The notes beneath the pieces were generated by a model. That model searched no databases and had not been told where the DNA came from. It was given only the letters and a program-made list of their open reading frames with translations. A program made the position numbers and the translations under genes. Below are positions 40,110-49,624 of a DNA stretch of 57,131 nt, in pieces. The DNA comes from a virus. Its lineage: Duplodnaviria > Caudoviricetes. Numbering within the stretch: the first letter of the stretch is position 1; the number at the start of each line of letters is the position of its first letter. The DNA lies in IMG/VR virus record IMGVR_UViG_3300002898_000197, positions 1 through 57,131 of that record. One strand, given 5' to 3'.

Positions 40110-40565
40110 ATGAGCAATGAACAATTAATAGAATATGGCAAATACATCTTATGGTTTATTTTTGGAAGTGGAATTGTGCTTGAAATCACACCTATGAAAA
40201 TAAAACCAGTGTCAGCCTTTTTGAGATGGTTAGGAAAAAAGTTAAATGGTGAGGTAAGAAAAGATATATTACAACTAGAAGGTAAAGTAGATGAAATACA
40301 AGGAGATTTACAGCAACATAAAGTTGAATCATGGCGCAGAGATATTCTTGATTTTTCTGAAAGATTGTATAGTGGCGATGTAAATATAAGTAGGGAGAGC
40401 TATGAAAATATAATAGAAATACACAATAATTATGATGCGTATTTAACAAAACATAACATTTGTAATGGGAAAGTTGACATGGCATACGAACACATTCTTT
40501 TGAACTATAGAGATAAAAGAGACAATGGTGGTTTCGATATACAATGTGGCTTTTCGGATAGGTAA
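40110..40565 (+). CDS. membrane protein of the lysis module (holin-associated)
   Basis: N-terminal TM segment, EITP.KI.P...WLG, R..IL.F...Y..Y.....NG pattern. Confidence 0.6.
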   Translation: MSNEQLIEYGKYILWFIFGSGIVLEITPMKIKPVSAFLRWLGKKLNGEVRKDILQLEGKVDEIQGDLQQHKVESWRRDILDFSERLYSGDVNISRESYENIIEIHNNYDAYLTKHNICNGKVDMAYEHILLNYRDKRDNGGFDIQCGFSDR

Positions 40566-40620
40566 CTTACAGTAATAACAACAAAAAATAAATTGATAGC
40601 AATATAAGGAGGAAAATAAT

Positions 40621-40878
40621 ATGGAATTTTTACAAGATTATTTAGTATTGGTAGTAATGGGAATTTGTTTGACAATAGGTTATATAGTTAAAAATAGCTT
40701 GTCTTTCATAGATAATAAATACATCCCTTTAATTATGGGGGTTTTAGGAGTAGTTATAAACACATGGCTTAATGGATGGATATTTACACCAGAGATACTT
40801 TTAGGTGGATTGGCAAGCGGATTGGCGTCTACAGGAGCTTTTGAACTTGGTAGAAATTTAAAGCCTAATAACGAATAA
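40621..40878 (+). CDS. phage holin
   Basis: 85 aa, three hydrophobic segments, NKYIPLI...GLASGLASTG. Confidence 0.88.
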   Translation: MEFLQDYLVLVVMGICLTIGYIVKNSLSFIDNKYIPLIMGVLGVVINTWLNGWIFTPEILLGGLASGLASTGAFELGRNLKPNNE

Positions 40879-40968
40879 ATAAAACAATACATAAATTTAA
40901 TAATGAAATAATTATCATGAGTAGTGGTTAAAATATATCACTACTCTTATATTTTAGAGAGGGGCTGA

Positions 40969-42174
40969 ATGAATATGGTTATTTTACATATAGCAGGTCA
41001 TGGCAAAAAGAAAAGTGGGGTATTTGATCCTGGTGCAATTGGCTTTATTAAACAAGGTGAACATAAATATTATGCAGAAACTTTCTTTGATTTATTAAAG
41101 AAATATGAACCCAAAGGGCATAAGGTTATCTATCATACAGCTTATAATGTTTACAATTACGGCAATATTGTTGATTTAGCAAAAAGCTATGGTCAAGACA
41201 CAGTTGTGATTGAATGGCATTTCGATGCTGCTTTAAGCAAGTCTATAAAAGGTGGGCATGTTATTGTATATAACAAGTTTAAACCAGATGCTTTGGATTT
41301 AAGGCTTAGAGATGGCATTAATAAAATGGTAGGAGTTAGATATAATCACCGAGGACATAAAGGTATTGCTGGTAGAAGTAATTTAAGTAATGTTAATAGA
41401 TGTGCTAAAGGTAAGGTTAATTATAGATTAATAGAATTAGGACTTTGTACAAATTGTGAAGATTCTAAAGTTATGCTTGAAAGTGCTGATGAGTATGCAA
41501 AAGTTATGAGTGAAGCCATTTATAATCAAGAGATAAAAATAAATACACAATCAGATATACAAACTGGAGACTATATCGTTAGATCAGGTGATACTCTTTG
41601 GGGTATCGCTAATAAATATAACATGACTGTTAATGAGTTAAAAAAGTTAAACGGATTAACTAATGATATTATCCATGCTGGCAATAAATTAAAGTTGAAT
41701 AATAATACTAAAGTTGAAACTGAAGTCAAACCTATTATTAAACCCGAGCCAAAAAAAGAAGATAAATTAAAGGCAACCAAGACTGGTGATGTTGTTATTA
41801 GAAGTATTCAATCTACCTTAAATAGCAGATATAACACTGGTTTAAGGGTAGATGGTTACTATGGTAGTCTAACTAACAAAGCCATTGTAAAGGGCTTACA
41901 GACTGAATTAAACAAGCAATTTAGTAGGAAGTTAAAGATTGATGGTAGTTTTGGTTCATCAAGTCGTGCTAATTGGGTTACTGTTAAACGTGGTGCAAAG
42001 GGTAATTTAACTTACTTAATTCAAGCATTGTTATACTGCAAAGGATATAAGATAACTTTAGACTTATCTTTTGGTGGTGCAACTAAAAAGGTAGTTAAAC
42101 AATTCCAAAAGGATAATAAGTTAACTGTAGATGGGAAAATTGGTAAAAATGCTATTACTGCATTGGTAAAGTAG
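40969..42174 (+). CDS. endolysin: N-acetylmuramoyl-L-alanine amidase + LysM + peptidoglycan-binding domains
   Basis: AGHG, EWHFDA, LIELG; [13 protein letters not shown] LysM; VDGYYG..T and VDGKIG PG-binding repeats. Confidence 0.93.
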   Translation: MNMVILHIAGHGKKKSGVFDPGAIGFIKQGEHKYYAETFFDLLKKYEPKGHKVIYHTAYNVYNYGNIVDLAKSYGQDTVVIEWHFDAALSKSIKGGHVIVYNKFKPDALDLRLRDGINKMVGVRYNHRGHKGIAGRSNLSNVNRCAKGKVNYRLIELGLCTNCEDSKVMLESADEYAKVMSEAIYNQEIKINTQSDIQTGDYIVRSGDTLWGIANKYNMTVNELKKLNGLTNDIIHAGNKLKLNNNTKVETEVKPIIKPEPKKEDKLKATKTGDVVIRSIQSTLNSRYNTGLRVDGYYGSLTNKAIVKGLQTELNKQFSRKLKIDGSFGSSSRANWVTVKRGAKGNLTYLIQALLYCKGYKITLDLSFGGATKKVVKQFQKDNKLTVDGKIGKNAITALVK

Positions 42175-42187
42175 TTAGAATATGATT

Positions 42188-42228
42188 AAGAGGTGGTTGA
42201 GTTTAAATACTCTTCTACCTCTTTTTTT
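42188..42228 (+). terminator. terminator of the late operon
   Basis: AAGAGGTGG/CTACCTCTT stem plus T run. Confidence 0.7.
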
Positions 42229-42241
42229 ACGTTTTATTTTT

Positions 42242-42291
42242 ATCAGCATAATGCATAAAACAATGACTGTGGTATTACACATTATGCTGAT
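42242..42291. other. candidate attP site of the serine integrase
   Basis: 50-bp dyad with perfect 12-bp outer arms ATCAGCATAATG/CATTATGCTGAT and partial inner symmetry, centre AC at 42266-67; overlaps the integrase 3' end. Confidence 0.7.
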
Positions 42292-43912
42292 GTCTTTCTA
42301 TTATATCTATATTAAAAACATTAGACAATTCCTTTATTTTAACATTAAAAGTCACATTTATATCTTTTATACCCACTTCTACTTTATTAATAAATTTAGG
42401 TAGTATCATTTTCTTTGTTGGTATATCTGCATTTTCTAATAATTGCCTATAAGTAGGAATTGATTCTTTAAATGAGATTAGTTCATCTTTTTTAATTTGT
42501 AGACTTTTAGCCTTTTTACTATAATTTTCTAACTTTTCTCTTTCTATATTCAACTCATCTGTTTTAGTTTTAATTTGTTCTGTTAGTAATTCTTCTGTAA
42601 ATTTGCTTGTTCCCATAAGAACATTCACAATCTCATCTTTTAATATTTTAATAATATTTTCTAATTTAGATATATTCTGTTCCATAATATCTATTTCTTT
42701 TTTAGATAGCTTTTCTAGTTTATCTTGTTGTTTTTTAAATTCATCATCTACATTTATTTTACCTAAGCTATCCATATAAACAAATAATTGTTTCAAGATA
42801 ATATCTTCAACAGATGATTGTGAGTGATATTTATTACTACATTTATTCATACCATTTGTTTTACCATAACATTGATAGAATGGTTTCCTATCTCTATTCC
42901 ATGTACCGTCTTTTCGTTGATAATGGTTATAAGAATACTTTAGTGTCATTCGTTCGCCACATTCACTACAATATATATACCCTGTAAAAAGTAGAGGACT
43001 TTTAGTTTGATGGGGAATATTTGTTTTTTTACTTCCCCCTCTAGACATAACTATATTTTTTGCTTGTTTCCATTGCTTTTCTGATACTATAACCAAATTT
43101 TCATGTTTAATATCAGATAATTCACAATCATATTGATTCTTATATATACCATCTTTTTTTCTTCCATAAGTAAATCTTCCTTTGTATATAGAATTTTTAA
43201 TTATAGTTAATATAGTTTGTCCAGCCCATTTTTTACCCCTTTTGGTAGGTATTTTTTCACTATTTAATATTTGAGCTATTTTTCTTGATCCATAGCCTTG
43301 TAATGTGTAATAGTTAAATATTCTTCTAACTACTCGGGCTTGAGTCTCATCAATAATTAGTTTTTTTATTTCTTTATCTTTATGGTTATATTCACCTGTA
43401 GAAACATGTCTATAGCCATAAGGTGCTTCGCTTCCTTGAAACTCACTATTTTCCCTCATTAGTGCCTTGGCTTCTTTTGTTCTAGCTTGTGTTTTTTTAC
43501 TTTCACCAGATGCTTGCCAAAATGTAATATAATTTAATAGATTATCTACATGCTCTTCAAACTTTCTTTGTCCTTCAGATACAGACCACATTTCTACACC
43601 TTGTTCAACGAACCATTTTAATATGAAAGGTGTTTCTTCTTCTATACGACCTAATCTATCATACATATAAACTAGTATTACATCAAATTTTTTCTTCAAA
43701 GCATCTTCTTTTAATTCTTCTAACTTTCCTCTTTTATTAGCATGTATTTTAAACCCTGATACGCCTTTTTCAATATATTCACCAACAAACTCCCAGTCAG
43801 GATGTTGTTTAATATATTTTTTACATGCATTTCTCTGCATAGGTATATCATTATCTATAACTTGTTGATTTGTACTTACTCTATAAAAACATACAACCCT
43901 TTTTTTTGACAC
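42275..43912 (-). CDS. large serine recombinase (integrase, SprA-like)
   Basis: YRVST catalytic Ser, DRLGR, PYGY recombinase domain, CSECG Zn ribbon, coiled coil; GTG 43912 behind RBS gggagg is a likelier start than 43942. Confidence 0.95.
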   Translation of the reverse strand: MSKKRVVCFYRVSTNQQVIDNDIPMQRNACKKYIKQHPDWEFVGEYIEKGVSGFKIHANKRGKLEELKEDALKKKFDVILVYMYDRLGRIEEETPFILKWFVEQGVEMWSVSEGQRKFEEHVDNLLNYITFWQASGESKKTQARTKEAKALMRENSEFQGSEAPYGYRHVSTGEYNHKDKEIKKLIIDETQARVVRRIFNYYTLQGYGSRKIAQILNSEKIPTKRGKKWAGQTILTIIKNSIYKGRFTYGRKKDGIYKNQYDCELSDIKHENLVIVSEKQWKQAKNIVMSRGGSKKTNIPHQTKSPLLFTGYIYCSECGERMTLKYSYNHYQRKDGTWNRDRKPFYQCYGKTNGMNKCSNKYHSQSSVEDIILKQLFVYMDSLGKINVDDEFKKQQDKLEKLSKKEIDIMEQNISKLENIIKILKDEIVNVLMGTSKFTEELLTEQIKTKTDELNIEREKLENYSKKAKSLQIKKDELISFKESIPTYRQLLENADIPTKKMILPKFINKVEVGIKDINVTFNVKIKELSNVFNIDIIERHQHNV

Positions 43913-43940
43913 TATATAAACCTCCCTATCTGTTTTATTC

Positions 43941-43969
43941 ATTCTACCATAGGTATAAAAATAAGTAAA
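43941..43969 (-). promoter_or_regulatory. integrase promoter
   Basis: TTTACT-17 bp-TAGAAT with extended TG; hairpin 43968-43993 just upstream. Confidence 0.6.
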
Positions 43970-43999
43970 GCCACGATTTGGTTGTCGTGGCTTATATTA

Positions 44000-44209
44000 T
44001 TAAATATTAAATTTACTTAGATATAAATCATCTAATGCTTTTTTTATACATTCTGTGCCATCATTATTACTAGGGTTACAATATATATTAATTTGCTTTC
44101 TATATTCCTCGTCATAATGACTGATATATGATTGATTATTTTTATTTTGTTTTATTATGTATTTTGTATCTTCATTATTATTATTTGCCCTAATACTTAT
44201 CTGTCTCAC
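44000..44209 (-). CDS. small protein, candidate recombination directionality factor
   Basis: 69 aa, last gene of the leftward operon, directly upstream of the integrase. Confidence 0.4.
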   Translation of the reverse strand: MRQISIRANNNNEDTKYIIKQNKNNQSYISHYDEEYRKQINIYCNPSNNDGTECIKKALDDLYLSKFNI

Positions 44210-44261
44210 CCTACCCTTGATCCACTTGATAATAGTTATGTTAATTAGTTGTATTTTATAC

Positions 44262-44829
44262 TTAGTCTATTAGATTTGTTAAATAGTTTTTTATCTCATA
44301 CCAGTTCCAACACCTTTTGCCTTGCCAATCTTCATTCCATAGGTAGGTGCACCCATAACAAATTTTCACACTTGCATTAGACGTTACTAGATTGCCAGCA
44401 CTATCATCAATCAAAATTCCACCACTCATATCAATATGCGACTTGTCTTCATATTCTTTAAAGTTAACTCCTATAAATTCTGCATAAGGTATATTCTTTT
44501 TTATCCATATATCTTTACCCTTTAAGTTTGGTGAGTAGCCCATTGAAACGATTTTAATGTTGAAGTGGTCTCTTAACTCATCTAATACTTCATTTGCGTT
44601 TTCCATGTATTCCAGGTTATCGTAAAAACGTTCTTGATTAAAATATGTGTTTATGTAATCAGATGTAGCACAATTACATTCTTTAAATCCCCATGTTTCT
44701 ATATCTGACCACTCTATAGGTTTAAAATTTTTGTAATATTTAAAGTCTTGGTTGTAGAGAGTTGTAATACCTTTGATTGTGTTTACAGTAACCCCTTCAA
44801 TCAAAGTCTAAAAATAAATTAGACTTCAT
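44262..44829 (-). pseudogene. 5'(3')-deoxyribonucleotidase (HAD family) with a +1 frameshift after the DxD motif
   Basis: ATG 44829 gives MKSNLFLDFD-TGA; the rest (GVTVNT...DKS...LIDD...WN) is in the +1 frame. Confidence 0.75.
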
Positions 44830-45119
44830 TTGACATCACCATCCATTTCAATTAATGTCATAATACAATAGTTAGCCATATCAAGTAGTGTATCTTTAAT
44901 TGTTTCATCCTTAACTAACCTTTCTTCTTCAGATTTAGTAGACAGGCTAACTAATCTATTATACTTGTCAGTTATTCTTGTAATTGCTGATATTATTCCA
45001 AGTTTATTATATGTGTCGCCAAATGAATTGCCATAATCATGGTTTTTTTGCTCATAAACCTTATTCAACTCTTTACATATACCCATGTGCTTTTCTACTC
45101 TGTTCATTTTATCATTCAC
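44826..45119 (-). CDS. DUF1599 / nucleotide-modification-associated domain protein
   Basis: KNHDYGNSF...RITDK..R...DETIKDTLLDMANY. Confidence 0.85.
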   Translation of the reverse strand: MNDKMNRVEKHMGICKELNKVYEQKNHDYGNSFGDTYNKLGIISAITRITDKYNRLVSLSTKSEEERLVKDETIKDTLLDMANYCIMTLIEMDGDVK

Positions 45120-45197
45120 ATCCCTTCTCTGTATTCACTTAATTCTCTTTCTACTGAAGATTTTCCACTTGCTGATTCGCCTACTAAAACTAAAATA

Positions 45198-45752
45198 TTA
45201 ATCACTCTCCTTTCTATATTCCTCTAATTCTCTTTGGAACTTGTCAGTCCTATCGTACTTACAACTAAACATCTCAGGACAATAACCACGATATAGGCAC
45301 TCCCTAACCATACAATGTGCCAGCTCAGGCTCAACTTTAGCAACTTCGTCTTTGACTAGTTGCCAAGCTTGTCTAGTTTCTTTACTTGCACAGTTGCATA
45401 ATCTCTTTCTGCTTATATTAATTAGTGCTTGTGCATTAGCCTCACATTCATGATTAACTAACGCACCTTGCGGCAATTCATTTCTATCAACGCTAGTTCT
45501 ATCTGTGCGTTGAGTGGATACAAAATGTTCTATACCATGCTTATGTCTCACTAGATGGACTGACACCCAATAAGGCAAGTTAATCCATCTCCATGAGAAT
45601 TTTAACTTTCTAATAGGAGAATGCTCTGCCCTAATAAGCTTTAGTTTCCATTCAGAATTAGGGTAAACACCTTTTTCTTTGCCAATTGTATTCATTGTTG
45701 CATCTTTAATATCTTGCCAGTTAGCACTGGATTTAAATTTGTAAATTTTTAT
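45198..45752 (-). CDS. thyX: FAD-dependent thymidylate synthase ThyX-like; probable ATA start
   Basis: EHSPIR, HLVRH..., STQR, RLC..A..ETR motifs; frame open to ATA 45752 behind RBS aaggag. Confidence 0.75.
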   Translation of the reverse strand: MKIYKFKSSANWQDIKDATMNTIGKEKGVYPNSEWKLKLIRAEHSPIRKLKFSWRWINLPYWVSVHLVRHKHGIEHFVSTQRTDRTSVDRNELPQGALVNHECEANAQALINISRKRLCNCASKETRQAWQLVKDEVAKVEPELAHCMVRECLYRGYCPEMFSCKYDRTDKFQRELEEYRKESD

Positions 45753-45767
45753 ATTCTGTCACTCTCC

Positions 45768-46145
45768 TTATTGTTTTATTGTATATTCGTCGTCAATATA
45801 CAACGTTTGTATTGAAATCTCTTTTCTTAAATATGCACTCTCTCTTGGAAATAACACTTGACTTTCCTCTATAATGTATTTATCACACATGAAACCAAAA
45901 AGCCCATATCCATTTTCTAATAACTCTTTTATATCTAATAAACTAAACCATTCTAGTAACTGTTCTTTATCTTTAACACCACTAATCCAGTTAAGATTTT
46001 CTTTTGAATATCTACTGTGATAATCCATTGGAAAATCCCTAGCCTTTCCTTCAGTCAAGTTAAATATAAAACCATTATATGTACCGTCATAGTTATACCA
46101 CATACCATCTCTAGTATCTCTATGCTCGATTCTATATATTTTCAT
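45768..46145 (-). CDS. hypothetical protein
   Basis: IYRIEH...G.WY...WFS pattern; RBS aggtg. Confidence 0.7.
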   Translation of the reverse strand: MKIYRIEHRDTRDGMWYNYDGTYNGFIFNLTEGKARDFPMDYHSRYSKENLNWISGVKDKEQLLEWFSLLDIKELLENGYGLFGFMCDKYIIEESQVLFPRESAYLRKEISIQTLYIDDEYTIKQ

Positions 46146-46185
46146 ATTTCACCACCTATAATTCTCCTTTTTTATTCTATATAAT

Positions 46186-46404
46186 TTATTCCTTATATGA
46201 TGCTATAACATTACAGACAGCTTTAATAACAGCATTGTAATAGTCATGTGTATAACTGTCTAATGGAAAAATGCCCTCATATGAATACCTTTCTTTATAT
46301 TCTTCGTAAACCTTAAAATTAAATTCATCTTTTGGGTAATATGATTCTTTTAAGCATTTTATAACCTTGTCTAGTAGTTCGTTTTTGTTTTTATTATTTG
46401 TCAT
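46186..46404 (-). CDS. hypothetical protein
   Basis: ORF with RBS. Confidence 0.65.
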   Translation of the reverse strand: MTNNKNKNELLDKVIKCLKESYYPKDEFNFKVYEEYKERYSYEGIFPLDSYTHDYYNAVIKAVCNVIASYKE

Positions 46405-46430
46405 TTAATTAATCAACCTTTCTTAGATTA

Positions 46431-46676
46431 TTATTTACAAGTAAAACCCAAAATACTCCCATCATTAACTACAGCCTCTAATCCATATTTCTCTTTCATA
46501 GTAATACAATCTTCTAACGTAACCTTATTTTTGTCATACAATAAAATGTCAATTTTATTGCAATTACACCTCTCTTTATCTCGTCTATTCATATGTTTTA
46601 CTCTCTTTTTCTCACTTATGTAATTTACGACTTTTTGATAAAACGTTATTTTTGATGTTGGAATTATTTTTATCAT
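46431..46676 (-). CDS. hypothetical protein
   Basis: ORF with RBS aaggag. Confidence 0.65.
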   Translation of the reverse strand: MIKIIPTSKITFYQKVVNYISEKKRVKHMNRRDKERCNCNKIDILLYDKNKVTLEDCITMKEKYGLEAVVNDGSILGFTCK

Positions 46677-46678
46677 AA

Positions 46679-46837
46679 TTATCTCCTTTCTGAGTTATTC
46701 CAGTCTTCCCAATCGTCTCTATCATTATCTGCCATATCCCATTCATAATCTGCCCTGTCTTTTAGTCGCTGTGATCTTTCTAATTCAGATTCATATATCA
46801 CAAATCTTTCGAGATTGTCTGGTACATATTCTCTCAT
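46679..46837 (-). CDS. 52-aa acidic hypothetical protein (not in the ORF track)
   Basis: MREYVPDNLERF...; RBS gaaagga; fills the gap between neighbouring genes. Confidence 0.6.
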   Translation of the reverse strand: MREYVPDNLERFVIYESELERSQRLKDRADYEWDMADNDRDDWEDWNNSERR

Positions 46838-46851
46838 ATATGTTTTCCTTT

Positions 46852-47640
46852 CTACTTATAAAAACTATGTCCACTATCATCTTTAAATTGGTATCTTAAT
46901 TTATTAAACCATTTTTGCGTGCTTAATGATTTAACATCTTTATAGTTACAGAAGAATAATGCATCATTAGTTGTGCCATTATTTAGTACATTATCTACAG
47001 CTTGAATAGTTTTATCAGTTATTTTTACCTTGCTATATCTACCATCACTTATTGGCGAAAATTGCTTCTTCTGAAACACAACCTCTTTAACAGTATTAGG
47101 AAACTTCTTAGAATCGACACGATTAATAATAACACTTGCTACATTTTCTCTTGCTTTTATACTTGCACCAGTTGCCTCAGCTTCTGTGATCCTTAATAAT
47201 ATTTCTCTTTCCTTATTTGATATATTATATGTATTACTAGTGCTATTCTCATGAGACTCTTCAGACTCTTCTTGTGGTTCTTCTAAAAGTTTTATATTAC
47301 TTTCATTGTCTATTACTTCTTCCTCTATGTTATCCATTTTTTCTAGTTTAATATTTGCTTTTTCTTGAATCAATACAGTTAATTCAGCTTGTTTTTCTTT
47401 TTGTCTTAAAGCTGTTTTTTCATTTTCTACTTTTTTTATCTCAATTAAATTATTTATCTCATTAAGATAAACTCTATTTATTTCATTATCTTGAAAAATG
47501 TTTAAATGTACCTTGTTTAATTGGCTATTACATCCAGCTACCTGTATATTAGGATTATGTTCCTCTTGTAAAATATTAAAAATTATAAGAGTATAACATG
47601 TCAGCCCAATACATATTAGCTTATTGTTTTTTAGCATCAC
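46852..47640 (-). CDS. SleB-like cell wall hydrolase (Hydrolase_2) with N-terminal anchor
   Basis: AEA...VASVIINRV.S..FPNTV..VVFQ..QFSP, ALFF, H.FY. Confidence 0.9.
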   Translation of the reverse strand: MMLKNNKLICIGLTCYTLIIFNILQEEHNPNIQVAGCNSQLNKVHLNIFQDNEINRVYLNEINNLIEIKKVENEKTALRQKEKQAELTVLIQEKANIKLEKMDNIEEEVIDNESNIKLLEEPQEESEESHENSTSNTYNISNKEREILLRITEAEATGASIKARENVASVIINRVDSKKFPNTVKEVVFQKKQFSPISDGRYSKVKITDKTIQAVDNVLNNGTTNDALFFCNYKDVKSLSTQKWFNKLRYQFKDDSGHSFYK

Positions 47641-47764
47641 TTACTCCTTTTTTAAAAAAATATACCTTATCTTAAAATTCTTTGCTCTCTATTAGGGTTA
47701 TATAGGGTTTTTTATTATTATCTTGACAACTTGCTTGAATAATAACCAAAACCCCTTAAAACGT

Positions 47765-47794
47765 CTTGTAGAGCCTTGTAGAACCTTGTAGAAC
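47765..47794. repeat. 3 x 10-bp tandem repeat CTTGTAGARC
   Basis: cttgtagagc cttgtagaac cttgtagaac in an intergenic region. Confidence 0.85.
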
Positions 47795-47856
47795 ATGTTG
47801 GCTATTTAATGTGTTTATTTTTGATGTTTTAGACGTTTTAATAAAATAATCATAAC

Positions 47857-48183
47857 TTATAGTGTTATTTTATGTATATCCTGTAATGATTGTGAGTATT
47901 TAATAGGAACTCGTTTTACCCCCATTTCCTTTAGTACCAAATATCTAGTATATTGATCTGTTACTAAAAACTTATTACACCTACCACTTTCATTTGTAAT
48001 CACTTCAACCAATAATGGTTTGTCTACTTTGCCATGTGCTTTATAGTAATCAATTACTCTTTCCATTTTCCATCTCTTTGGTCTTGTGCTTCTAAAACAC
48101 CTTGGTATAATAATATCTTCAATATGTACTAATGCATCAGTCCCCTTTGGTTTTCTTGTAAATAGTAAATCAAATAATTTCAT
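47857..48183 (-). CDS. ParB N-terminal-like domain protein
   Basis: I.DI.IP..F....P....KPLLV...LVTDQYTRY.V pattern. Confidence 0.5.
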   Translation of the reverse strand: MKLFDLLFTRKPKGTDALVHIEDIIIPRCFRSTRPKRWKMERVIDYYKAHGKVDKPLLVEVITNESGRCNKFLVTDQYTRYLVLKEMGVKRVPIKYSQSLQDIHKITL

Positions 48184-48244
48184 AATATCCTCCTTAATTA
48201 AAATAGTGTGTCAATATTGTAAGTTCCTACTCCTTACATTTTTA

Positions 48245-48273
48245 ATATTAACACACTATTCTGATTATGTCAA
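48245..48273 (-). promoter_or_regulatory. sigmaA early promoter
   Basis: TTGACA-17 bp-TAATAT with extended TG. Confidence 0.75.
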
Positions 48274-48296
48274 TAGTTTTATTTGTTGTTTATCTT

Positions 48297-48812
48297 TTAT
48301 TTATTGCTACTGCCTAGTTTACCCAAACCTCGTTCAGATTTAATAGTGGTCAATTCTTCATATGCAGCCTCTTTAACATTCATTTGTGGCACAGGTAATA
48401 CTATGGCTTGTGCGATTGCTTTCTCATATGGATATCTAATATGATTCATTACATTATAACCAAATATATCACTATCTGTTACACCATTTTTAGCAATAAT
48501 TAAAGGCTTACCATTCGTATTAGTAATGGCAACAAACCAAGAATCTCGGTATCCACTATCAATAACACCTGCTGATTTTTTAATACCTTTAACAGCCGTA
48601 CTCCCACGTTCCTCTATTTGGATATAGTATTTTTCACTCATTGCACTTGCTATTCCAGTAGGAACTAATCGTGTTTCGTGTGGCTTGAAGTACATATAGT
48701 CCTCATCAAAACATGGATAAATATCGAAGCCAGCATTCTCAGTATTTTTAGTAGGGATTATTGCATTTGGATCAACCTTTGCAAATAGTAAATCATTTTC
48801 CTTTATTGTCAT
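48297..48812 (-). CDS. dut: dUTPase (trimeric)
   Basis: AGFDI, ERGS, GVIDSGYR, IAQ, RG.G.LGSS motifs. Confidence 0.95.
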   Translation of the reverse strand: MTIKENDLLFAKVDPNAIIPTKNTENAGFDIYPCFDEDYMYFKPHETRLVPTGIASAMSEKYYIQIEERGSTAVKGIKKSAGVIDSGYRDSWFVAITNTNGKPLIIAKNGVTDSDIFGYNVMNHIRYPYEKAIAQAIVLPVPQMNVKEAAYEELTTIKSERGLGKLGSSNK

Positions 48813-48815
48813 ATT

Positions 48816-49394
48816 TTACTCCTTTCTCTTAGTCTTATTTACATCGACTACAATCTTTCTAGCCTTTTTTAATTCCTTCGTAACCTCTGATTCTAACTCA
48901 TGTAAGTCTTTTATACTACTTCTTAGCTCATTTACTTCGCTAATTAAATCCTGTTTCATATCTAATAATAATGCAACACTCTCTTGCTCTTTTGATAAAG
49001 GTTTAACCATATCTCCCAAAGTAGTATTGATAATGTCATATGTATTCTTATGTATATTAACTAATTCACTTATATCACTTTTCATTTTCTTCTTTTTAAA
49101 TTCAGATAAATTAAGAATTCTAGCATAAGATTTAAATATGCCAACTAAATCTGAATGATAACTAGGATAATCTACCCAATTTTCATATCTAATAACCTTA
49201 CCTATATTATCCCCATCTTCCTTTGTTCCTGTTCTATATGCAATTTTCTTAACAACTAGACTGTAGTCACTAATACCACCTGTGATTCCATATTCGCCAT
49301 CTGGGAATGGATAATTAGGTTCATTTATTATTTCGCCTAAATCAACAATTTCATCTTCTGGTACAGTATCTTTTAAAGTTTTACGTTTAGCCAT
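48816..49394 (-). CDS. hypothetical protein
   Basis: ORF with RBS gagga. Confidence 0.7.
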   Translation of the reverse strand: MAKRKTLKDTVPEDEIVDLGEIINEPNYPFPDGEYGITGGISDYSLVVKKIAYRTGTKEDGDNIGKVIRYENWVDYPSYHSDLVGIFKSYARILNLSEFKKKKMKSDISELVNIHKNTYDIINTTLGDMVKPLSKEQESVALLLDMKQDLISEVNELRSSIKDLHELESEVTKELKKARKIVVDVNKTKRKE

Positions 49395-49403
49395 AATATC
49401 CTC

Positions 49404-49604
49404 CTATTCTGTATATGCCAATCTTTCTATTTGGTCTGCCATCATAGCAATTGCTTTCCTTAGCCATTTATTTTGTTGAATGATCATCTTAGCAAAATCA
49501 CTTTCTTCGTCATCTCCAATTTCTCTTTTGTTTGCTAATATCATATCTTGCATACCGTCTATTGCATCTATAATGTTTAAATATTCTTGATCTTGATTTA
49601 ACAT
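49404..49604 (-). CDS. hypothetical protein
   Basis: ORF with RBS aaggag. Confidence 0.65.
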   Translation of the reverse strand: MLNQDQEYLNIIDAIDGMQDMILANKREIGDDEESDFAKMIIQQNKWLRKAIAMMADQIERLAYTE

Positions 49605-49624
49605 GTTTTACTCCTTTCTATGTG

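Noticed and set aside
1764-41780. Many short - strand ORFs inside + strand genes, and + strand ORFs inside 42-57 kb genes
   Set aside because: Antisense shadows of well-supported genes, without RBS or recognisable motifs
43968-43993. attP at the AAGCCACGA/TCGTGGCTT inverted repeat
   Set aside because: Short hairpin followed by T-rich sequence on the - strand fits a terminator; the 50-bp dyad at 42242 fits attP better
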